From Acanthaster planci (lineage: Eukaryota), in the NCBI RefSeq assembly GCF_001949145.1, contig NW_019091355.1, positions 2,069,107 to 2,133,106 of the forward strand: DNA of 64,000 nt, read 5' to 3'. The notes beneath the pieces are model-generated. The model did not search any database. It worked only from the letters and a program-made list of their open reading frames with translations, and was not told where the DNA came from. The position numbers and the translations under genes are program-made. Below, in pieces: positions 49,956 to 60,900 of this stretch (position 1 is its first letter; each line of letters starts with the position of its first letter).

Positions 49956-52390
49956 GCTAATAAACAGAAATGCATAGAGCCCATCTTCTCGTCATAATTA
50001 CCAGTTGTAAATCTGGACTAGCGGGGTCCAAATCTTTTACTTTTAATCTCTTGGATCGCCTTGATTGAATCAGTCTTCATCTCAGCAGTTTTATGTTCTC
50101 TGGGTTTTTTAATGTACACTGTGCTGACTGGGCACTAAGTGAGGAGTAATTATCACCTGGAATGAAGACCAAGATTGCATGTGGTTGGATAGAAAGAGCT
50201 CTGTTGAACAAAGAAACAAAAATTATCTTGACTTGGGAAGGATGGAATTTTTGTAGACTTTCCTGGCCTGTGTACATTACATGTAGATATTGGATTGGCC
50301 AACTAGCTTCTGTATGCTTTCCCACAGAATGAAAAGTCTCTTTTTGGTTTCGACATGAATAATCCAGTCCCAAAAAGTCTCTGATTTAACTGAAGGGAAA
50401 TGAGTGTGCGTTTTCTGTCTTGCTGTTCGTGGGACAGGAAGTTTTAATTTTTTTTTTATTTATAAACTTTTGTGTGTTTGATGTAGCAAATAAATGTAGG
50501 CCTGTATAGCAGTGGTAGCCTTTGTTAGATTCACACTCCTATGGTGGACAGTGGAACAGTCCAGATACAATGAAAGATTAGGCATGTTCCATTTTGCGGG
50601 GGTGACACCATTAGAAATTTATTTGTTGTGTACAGCCTGGTTGTACCTAAACACTTCTTTGTGTCAGGTGAATCAATCTTAGGTTTTTTCCTTGCAGTGA
50701 GAAAAAGTGTTTTACATCTTTTTTTTTTTCAAATCTTAATCGCCATGGTGAGGTAAAAGTTGATGTTGCTCAATTTGCTTTGATGGTTAATGACATAGCT
50801 CATTTCTTTTGGTTACCTGTCTCTTTTCTGTACAAGATAACGTTTGAAATATTAAGGTTAATCTAATGAATAAACTACAACACTGCCAACGCCTTGTGAA
50901 TTCCCGAACAACTACCCATGCTGTTCTGGAAAAAAAAACCAAAAACAATATTTGGATCTGTAAATTCTGTCCAGTTTGGTTGGAGAGAGAGAGAAGTCCA
51001 ATGCACTTGTAAATATGATGTGTCATTTCTGCACAAATTCCTCATTTGAACCAAACGAGAGAGGCAGCTTACACAGTTGTAGATTTCCAAACAAGTAACT
51101 AATTAGGTTCCTGTAGACAAGTTGAATACCAAGCATTATTCTCCCTAGTTTTATTTATTATTTGTTGAAAAAAGTGTACAAATTCGATCAGGCTTGTTAG
51201 TAGGAAAATCCTGTGTCAGGTAGGTTCCATCACTGTGCTTACTGTAGTTGAAATTTACCCCTGAAATTGTCTACATATCCTCCCCCTCCTCCAAAGCCAA
51301 ATCCTAGTAGTATTAGGTTCTTTTTGGGAGTAGTCAAAATGCACTAAAAAATTAACGATGTGAATAGATTTTTTTTTTCAGCTGCCCCTCTCGTGAGGTT
51401 AGAACCAGTCAACCCCTTGAGGCAAAATGGAGCTGGCCGAGGCTGTGCCTGCCTTCCCCATTTCGCCCCGGGAGGTTGACTGGGGCGGATTTCTCCGACT
51501 CACACAATCAGGGCAGAATTGCCTACAAAATTCCTCTTCGTAGAGCGGGTCAGCTTTAACATTGATAGCTGTACAGTTTTGATAAGTCGGTATTTGAGGT
51601 TGCCACTGACGTCACAGTTTGCTTGGGTGGGGATGTGAACGGTGTGATTTTTTAATGTGTAAAGATTAAAATGTAAATTTGACAGAAAGACACCGTTTGC
51701 CTTCTGTGGCGTATCCATTTTTTTCTAAGAAAATGATAAGGGAAGAGTAAGTTTGAAGGACGATTGATGTCCAACTTTTGGGACTATAAAGCACCTGAAG
51801 TGTTGGGTAATGTCTAAACACTTTTGTCCAACAGCATGGGTTTTTCAACATTGTTCCTTTTTGTAGTCATAAGGCGGTGGTAGCCATGGTAACCATCTAG
51901 CAGTCGTAATACTTGGGACGAATCTCAGGAGTGACAACAATAAATGTTACAAAAAAGACTTTTAAAGCAAAACCTGTGGTGTATTTCTGAATTTTTTTGG
52001 GTGGAGACTGCTCCACGTTTTGTGACGAATTGTTTAGTAGCTTCACAGCATTCTCTCCTACCAAATTGGGCATGGGAAGCAAATGCATGAATCTGCTTTG
52101 AGCAGGATGAAGTCTAAACATTATGAGCCCCGGGCATGACCAAGAGAGGATGTACCTTTCCTAGGAACTGCACTTCGCTAGTTCAAAAAAAAAATTATGA
52201 AAGGCATGCACTGCTGAAAAACATCGCTCTTTTTCAACCAATGAGGGGGTACTTCAGCCCTAGGCGGATTCACATGGATGGATACATTGATGTGTGAAGT
52301 TTAGACATGTCTGTGATATTCCCTTGACAGTGATTAAGAGAAAGTAATGATGTCTTCCTACAACAGCAAGATGTTGGATTATCTGCCATC

Positions 52391-55300
52391 TCAATTCTTT
52401 TCCAGAGCCCAGCTTTTGAGAAGGTGGTGAGCAATCGCCATTGCAGGTGGCAGCCATATGCTGCTTCCCTTGGGGCTCCCTCTCTCCATGATTGTGAGCA
52501 CCTCCTCCCGATGAAGCCATCTTGAGTCTTCAAGCTCTGCCTCGTCGAGGGAAACCTTTGAAAGGACCAAAGAACACATTTACGTTCCACTTTGATGATT
52601 TCTATAAACATTGTGTATTTCCTGAGTCCTGTTTTATTCCTTGTATTACATGGTAATTGCCAATACAAAAAGAGAAGCTAATGGCTTGTCCAATTGAATT
52701 GGCTATGGCTGAAAACAATCCTTTTTCCTATGAAAGCACAAGCTTGCAGCTTCATGTATTTCCTATAGATACATGTAATATTTCTGGCAGCAGTTAAAGT
52801 TAAACATAGTCTGTTATAGCAACAGCAGAGTGCACTTTTTGGTGACGAAGTAAGTGCAAAACTCGGTCACTGCTTTGTTCATACAAAATTGTACCGTTGA
52901 TGCTGACCCAAAGTCAGACTCGAGACAGAAGTCTTGACAATACAACCCCACCACGGACTGCCTCACCTTGTCGCTGGTTCCCGGCTTAAGGGAAGCATGA
53001 CATCCCAGCATGAGAGAGCTGAGGGGGAAGGCCCAGGACTGGGACGAGTAGAATTTGACCTCCTCCACCTCGAGGCCCACCTCCTCGGCCACCTCTCGTC
53101 TGACGGCAGATTCCAAAGACTCTCCTGACAAGGACAAATTACAGACGTTCACTCTCATGATATCCGCAGGTGGCATGGGAAGTTACAAAGCGTCTACAGA
53201 GCTGGTGCTGGCTCAGTGTGCTCAAATGGAAGTTAACAAATTTGTGATCTGCAGTTGTTGGGATTATACTCATGCCCTAGGGATGTTTACTGGAACACAA
53301 AAGTTCCTACAACCTGGTCCAACCTTTTCCCTAGAAAATAAAATTTCACCAACACATGTGTATAGTCTACAACTATGGTGCCGATGTGCGTATGATTACG
53401 GTAATGTAAATGGGCGCATAAGGTGTCGGGTGCATATTGTTGATGAAATTCAAGTGTTGACTCAGTCGGACAGAAGAGACCTGTTCCAATACACGGAGCC
53501 TACATACTCAGGGGGCATGCAAGTGGCTGTTCATGCTTTAGCTATCAAGACTGCGGAGTCACCCGTGAATGTTCTGGTAATTCTTTTGCAACAGCTTGCT
53601 TTTTACCTGGCTCGAGGAATCCGGAAATGGCACTGTACATGCCTGCCATAAAACGCGGCTGTCGCACCACAAGGCAGCTGTTGCCGTTGGTCACGAGCAC
53701 GATAGCAACTGGACTGAGCTACACAAACGAAATGAACCAACCAGTTTAAAGTGCTGCCTTTGGTCAGAAGCGAGGGGCTATTTATGCATAAATGTTAATC
53801 TCCAAAAAATTGTGATGCTGTGCGGAAGTGTTTTGAAAGTAAGGGGGTGATGCCTGCCAAAATGCCGTGAAATGAAAGATTGATCAGTTAATGCCTCATT
53901 CCACTGCCTTTTGTTTCAACTTTTCACCCACTTTCAAGCGTTCAGATTTATGTTCCCGCCCCTGACTAGACACTTACAACTGGATAGTGAATGGTGCTGC
54001 ATTTTGGGCAAGTCCTCTTTGATCCAGATGGATCTTTAGCTGTCAGCTCACCACAGTTGGAACAAAACCGGCTCCTGAGGTGCCATTGTAGAAGAGGAAT
54101 ACACTGTGGAGATTATCATTCAAAACATTGATACATAAACATCAGTTTTGTTTGGCTTACTTCGTAGAAACTTTAAATATCTATGTTGGACAATTTTGTT
54201 GTTGAAATCATAAGTCTAATAAAAGCTTCGAGGAAAACGATAGAACTTTATGGGGACAACGCTTTGGTTTATACTTACATGTATAGTAAAAAAATCTCAT
54301 AAATTCACTCTTCCAAAATCTACCAAAGTGCAAAAAAGCTATGACATGCATGCGCTTCTTGTACTCAAATCCTCCAATGGGCACCTGGTCAGTTTAATAA
54401 CTAACAGCGGCTGGGCTCTACCATTCTTAATCCTGGAAATGAAATCCTGGCCAACCTCAGAGTGGATTTGATGGGTCTGAGAGGGTTGGGGCAGAGAATA
54501 AGCTAAAAGCATGGCACACCTGGGCCAGGATTCTTGCATCGGTCTTGGAAATTACAAAAAAGGCTTTTCTGCCACTGACAGCCGAAGCACCAAGTCCTCT
54601 CTCAATTTTCTCCCGGTGGTCTGGCTCTGACTTGGGCAAAATGTTGACAGCAAACTTGGGTGGGCCACGTGGGTCCAAAATGTTGCAGTTCAGAACTACT
54701 GATTCCTCTGTGTGGAAATCTTCTTTGAGAAATTCAGAAAGATCTGAAAACAAAACAGAGAAACGGTAATTTAACATTCTGAGACTTAGTATTAAGTCTG
54801 AGTCAACAAACTCTCAACTCAAGGGAAAAAAGCTTAACAAAAATGTCTTACTATAACAATACAATTTATCAATTCATACAGGTTGGTACCAGTATTTCAA
54901 GTTTGAAAGCATCAACTGTAAGCTAGTAAAATAGTTCTATTCTTAACTTTTAATACACCTGGTTGGCAAAATTGTAGGAAAAGAAAAGCTTGTCATACCT
55001 GTGTTTTATGTTAGCAATATAGCAATTGCTGAACCTCTCAATCTACTTACCTTTTGCACTTTTCCAGGCTATTCTCCATGGTTTTCTCTCTCCTGTAGGC
55101 ACAAGAAGAGGCCTAAGATCGTACAATACTGCAAACTTTCCCTCAGTCCATGACCCTCGGCAAAAATCTTCATTTTCCTTGAGTTTTTGTAGGTGCCTGA
55201 CACCTTGCACGTACTGCGACAAATGCCTTACATGCCTTAGGCCTAACTGGGTTTTCTGCACATCAGCAGTGATGAGGCTCTGTCTTGAACATGTTGAAAT

Positions 55301-55510
55301 ACAAATAGGGCATGAAGGATGCACGGCTTTGACAGCATTGGAACGTACATGAGGAGCCAACGTCAATGACGCAGGTGTCAGCCAGTAACATGCACAACAT
55401 GATGTAGGCGCAGGCACAGGCAAAAAGTGTAGACGTAGGCCTACAACATTACGTAGACGAAGAATAACACTTCGGCATGTTCGGAGAGAACTACCTCCAA
55501 AATTTACCAT
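52391..55510 (-). CDS. NUDT13: NudC-family NAD(P)H pyrophosphatase, NUDT13-like, ~414 aa; exons 55510-55051, 54743-54520, 54103-53978, 53718-53607, 53124-52967, 52555-52391
   Basis: LLQWH…RFCSNCG…TCPKC…HYP Zn ribbon; Nudix box GFLEPGESLESAVRREVAEEVGL; NudC signature variant SQSWAFP; LPPAMAIAHHLL. Arg-rich presequence-like N-terminus with no ankyrin repeats favours NUDT13 over NUDT12. Start codon uncertain. Confidence 0.88.
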
Positions 55511-55639
55511 AACTCTGTCAACAGGAACAACAGAAAGTATTCATTATTATAAAAATCATTACGTCTTTACCAGAAAATTACGACTACAAACAAAATTATA
55601 AACTTAAGTTGCTCCAACGTGTACGTTCACACTGCTTCG

Positions 55640-56050
55640 TCATGGGCGCTGCCATCTTGAAAACGACAAAACATAGATATTTAAAATAAATTACATTTTT
55701 ATAATAATTTTTTCTTATAATTTTTATTAAGTTTATCAAAACATTCTATTTGGGTCTTTAATATTCGTAATTTTTTCCTTTAGTTTTTTTGATAGGCTTT
55801 TTTTCTTTGATTAAATTCTTTCATAAATGACAATGCCTAAAGACGGATAAACAACAATCTATTTTTAGAATGACGTAATGTAAACTGGTGCGTGTGAAGA
55901 GTGCGGTGACTTCCGCAAAATATTCGCTGGTCCCTGCAGTTGCAGAGTGACGTGAAGATGAATAGCTAGCTTGTGTGAGGACACCAACGGAAACTTGGAA
56001 AAACCAGGTTCTACTTGGAAATTGCCATGATTGAACGATTTGGTTAGCAC
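55640..56050. promoter_or_regulatory. Probable bidirectional promoter NUDT13 / IKK
   Basis: GCCATCTT 55651-55658, TGACGTAA 55871-55878, ETS-like ACTTCCG and GTGACGTG in a CpG-rich patch between the divergent genes. Confidence 0.5.
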
Positions 56051-56441
56051 AACGAGAACCTGAACCGGTGAAATAAACGTTGCTGAATTAACTCCTATTG
56101 AACAAAATTTGATCAAAACAAGAAACTGAATTCTACATCAATGTGTCGATGCTGTAATGAATCAGATGTGGCAAAATGGCGTGATTATCACTGATTACTG
56201 CTCTCGAATTTTCACTGATAAATTATTGTGGGCTAAATTTGTATGGTCTTCAGCTCATCTTGTTTGCCAGCTTACAAGTTAGGTGAAGGTGTGGTTCAAC
56301 TGAAGTCTTCAGGTAGGCTTGACGTGCATAAGTTGCACAGCTTTTACGACAAATATCATTCATTTGTTGGGCGTGGCTAACATGGCTAATCTGCATTGAT
56401 CAGTTGATGGAATAGAAAGGGCTGCATAGCCAGATAGCACC

Positions 56442-56738
56442 CTGATCAGAATAGTGGCAAAAATAAATACAGTCAGTGCTAATTTATCTTATTGCCGAGC
56501 TTTCGGTAAGTGGGTACTTTTGTCAGGGCAAGCAGATTCAGTTCTGAATTTGTGTAAGAACACTAACAGAAACTTTGAAAAACCAAGTTCTACTTGGAAT
56601 TGCCATGACTGCTTGATTTAGTTCTGATTTAGAACTGAATCTGCTTGCCCTGAAGAAGGTACCTAGTCAGCGAAAGTTTGGCAATAAGATAAATTAAGAG
56701 CACTGACTGTGTTATATTTTTGCCAATATTTTAATCAG
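56442..56738. mobile_element. Inverted pair of ~110-bp Penelope-like terminal repeats, each with a degenerate minimal hammerhead ribozyme motif
   Basis: Arms ~56442-56549 and ~56627-56738. Hammerhead-like motifs at 56645-56684 (+) and 56531-56492 (-). 12-bp direct repeat ATCAGTTGATGG at 56399-56410 and 56734-56745. Confidence 0.6.
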
Positions 56739-57966
56739 TTGATGGCCAGATTGCCCAGTCAGTCTTGTCTGTCATGTCTGTGTGATGTGTGATCAGGTCG
56801 GGGACCAAACCACAATCTAGCTGCGATGCTAGACCATGTAAACTATGCATATGCCACTCGTTTATGCGATGATGACGTAATTTTGAATTATTTTTAGATC
56901 ATGGTTTGCATCGATCTCTTTATTGGCCTAAAACGTCAATACAAATTGCTCTGATAAATCAAATTTACAGGAAACATGCTACCTGAGATCAAAAGGAAAC
57001 TTCCCTTCATTTCTTATCTCTGAAAGCAGATCGAGAAGATTTTTCAGTGGAATCGTGCAGTGGAGGTGTTGAATTCGTTGGGTATTTGAGTTCAATCTGC
57101 AGATGAAAATGGTTTTGCTAAAAAAAAAAGCTTTGCTGAAGTTTATTTTATGTATATAAATTGCCATTAAAAATCTCCATCGATTAACCGTGGCAAATTT
57201 TATGTTTACCATGGTGATTTTCAAATAGCGATTGGAAATAATTTTGCCAATTTTGTACAAAATGTACATGTCATGGCAACAGCGGCCATGTTGGCTGCTG
57301 GCGTTTCAAATCTCTTTTATTTGCCCAAAATCTTGCAGGAAAATGACATCATTATCACGTGATGTGATAATAATGACATCATTGCAGCTTAAACAAGCGA
57401 CATAAGCAGAAACAAGGGATGTTGCTAGATTGTGGTTTGGCCCCCAATGTGGTGATTGGCCATGTTGGTTGATTCTGCATGAAATCTCCAACTTTTCGTT
57501 TTTGAAACAATTCTAGAATTAGAAAGAAAAAGCAAATGGCTGAACACTTGGACACTGACTGTATTCTTTTTTATGATTTTTGACACAGATTTAGTAATAG
57601 GCCTAATACCATGACTGCAGGTGCTTCGAGCGCCCCAGTAAAAAGCCTGGTTTTGAGGGCAGTTTTGCTGATGTACCGAGCCCCCAAACATGTCAAAAGG
57701 TGCCAAAAATGTTGGTAAAGACTCAACAAGATCCCTCTATAACCATCTGTCATGTCTGTTGGCTTCTCAAAGTTTATGTAAACAATCAAAGGCAAGCTAA
57801 GGAGATTTCAGTGGCACCCACAGTCATTGTCTCGGGCCGAAAACTTATGAAATGTACACAAATTCCAGAAAGAACTCCCCGCTATTTAGGGTTTGTTTTA
57901 TTGCCTGAAAAACAATGACAGTTCTCATTCTTGCTGTGGTGTTATTGCTCTGTTGGCAGATTTATA

Positions 57967-60900
57967 ATGGCGACTGCCGTGAAAGAGATTGGCAGTTGGC
58001 AGTCTAAGGGAACCCTTGGACAAGGGGGCTTTGGTACAGTCGTCTTATGGCAGCATAAGGTAAGCACAGCCCAACATCTTCATCTGACAACTGTACTGTC
58101 GGAACAGTTTGGCTACATTTCTTCTATAGGATCATAACTCATAGGGAGCCATAGCCAAGTAAGTTGAATGTGGCTACTTCCAAATCATATGGAACTCTTG
58201 TACGAACTAAGCTTCTCCACACTTCAAACCCGCCAGCCTTTCAAGTGATTTTAACTAAGGGCGCATCCAAATCAGCTGGCTTAGGCTTGAAATTACACAT
58301 GGGTCTATGGGAATTGGCTGTGGCCACTACCATAATTTCATGCATAATTTTAAGCCTCAGCCAGGCAAGTCTGACACAGCCTAACCTTAATCCTCATTGA
58401 TGTTATAGTTAGTTGCAGCAGGATGTGTAAATCTTCGGGAAGGGCCTTCAGTATCAATTACATCTGTCAGTGCTAGATCTGCAGAAAGTCGCATTACTAC
58501 CCAGTGTACATTGCAACCACTTCATGCCAGCAGTTTTAGTAAAGTATCTTGCCCAAGAGTACAAACACCAGTAAATCTGTTAGGGTTTGAACCCACATTT
58601 CTGCCGTGCATGCACACGATAACCATTTTACCAAGAAAGCCTCATTGAGACAAGCAATGGCCTAAGATGGAGAATGCAGTACAAACACTCGTGACACAAG
58701 TCTCGTCTTGCTGTCTGTGTAGGACTCCAAAGAGGAACTGGCCTTAAAGCAGTGCCGGGTCACCTTGGACGCCAAGAACAAGAAGCGATGGGTCATGGAG
58801 ATCGACATCATGAAGCGGCTGAAGCACCAGCACATTGTGGAGGCTAAAGAGGTGCCTGCGGAACTGCAGCTTGGAGACGGGGAGCTCCCCCTATTGGGCA
58901 TGGAGTACTGCCGGAGGGGAGACTTGCGGAAGGTTTTTTTGCTGTTCAGTCACTTTGTTTAGGTTACTGGAACATCATATGTCTGGATAAGGCAACTGCA
59001 AGACTATTAACAGTATATCTGAAACAAAGTTAGCATTTTTACATTATGGGCATATGTTGCATGTGTCCATAGGCAAGACACTTTGCCTTAACTGGGCTAT
59101 CATTCAGGAACAAATCAGTAGCTGTGTGGACACAGCTACTGATTTGAGGCAAGACACTTTGCCTTAACTGGGCTATCATTCAGGAACAAATCAGTAGCTG
59201 TGTGGAGGTAAAGATAGACAGGTGTATCTAAACATTGAGCTCCAATCTCAAGTAGACCTACATGGTATGTCGAATGCTTGATGCACAGAAGATTAACAAG
59301 AATTTGTTGAAGCACCAGTGAACTTACATGCTGCATTTCTCTGTTCCTCCTTCAGAACCCATATAGTAGTTTTGGAGAAGATTGCAAAATTGAACAAGGT
59401 CAAGCCCATAAAGAGTTTGGAGAATCGAAGAGGGTTTCCAGCAAAATATGCCATTGTGAGTCAATGGTCATGTATATATTTCGTTCAGGTGAAGTTGTCT
59501 TGAGGCTTTTGTGTTCCTCTGCTGTGCAGGTCCTCTGCCGACCCGAGAATTGCTGCGGCTTGAAACAAGAGCAGGTGCTTCAAATAGCCAAGCACGTCTT
59601 TGACGGTGTGGAGTACCTACATTCCAAGCGCATCATTCACCGAGACTTGAAACCTGAGAACATCGTCATACAGGAGAATGAAAATGGACAGGTGCTGACG
59701 GAGCTAGTCTTTGCTTCTTTCTCTTCTGAAACAGGGCACCCAAATTGGGCCAAAGGATAGTTGTAACAGTGAACAAAACACAAACACCGTGTTGTAAAAA
59801 GATCAGTGAATGAACCCAGAATAAGTTATTGCCTCACAGAAAAGTCAATAGATAACTAGATCGGATAGAAATAACCATTGTTGACTGCAGTTTTAAGACT
59901 CACTGTTGTGTTGAGAAAGCCTGTGAACTTAAAATTTTGAAATCAATTCTCTTTACATGCTCTGTTCAGTTTATCTACAAGTTGACCGACTTGGGCTATG
60001 CCAAAGACCTGGACCAAGGCAGCGTAGCGAGTACCTTTGTTGGAACCCTCCAATATCTGGTATGTTGCTGAAAAAAATTCTGCATTAACCCCACTTCCGC
60101 TAAATGCGGCTTACAAATCTAACTGTGGTCAGTTATTTGTTGCTGTCGCTGGATAGAGCAGTCAACTCAATGGACAGGCTAACGTTTACAATTAGAGTGT
60201 GTAGCCCTTTGAAAAAATGTCCCTGCAATTTACAGGATTGAGGAGTATTCTGTATATGAAGATGATTCCTCATCTAGATGTCAATTTCCAGGGTTAGCCA
60301 ATGGCCTAAGGAGTGCTCTCTGACAACAATTACAGGCAGCAATTTCGTATGCTTTTAAGTTCTTTGGGAGGTTCTTTGGAGACTTTGCGGGTTTGAGGAA
60401 GGTAGAGCCCAGCCACTATTTACCTATGGGGCTTGATCCCTTGTCCAAGTTGAAGTACAAAGAATGTACCATTGGTTTCCTGCACAACAGAGGAGTTTGG
60501 AAGATTTGTAAAAATAAAAAAATGTAGCAAAAATACCAAGAAAACAAGTGAATTGTAGTTGATTGAGTGTGGTCAAAGTCAGACCACAATTTGTCTATTT
60601 CTTACCATCCCAGTGAACTGTCGTTTTTCCTGTCCAGGCACCCGAACTTTTTGCCTCACAGAAGTACAACCAAACCGTTGACTACTGGACACTGGGCACA
60701 GTGTTGTTTGAATGCATCACCGGTAGCCGGCCATTCCTACCACACATGCCACCGGTTAAATGGTACACTAAATTATTCATCCAACATGGGACTTAAGTAC
60801 AGGCAGTTTCACAAAACGTTTATACAGTGCTAGGGTTCTAAGGTAGTCTTACACTGGATGTAAGTTTTTTCACAGTTTTGAGTGGATTAGGGATAAATCT

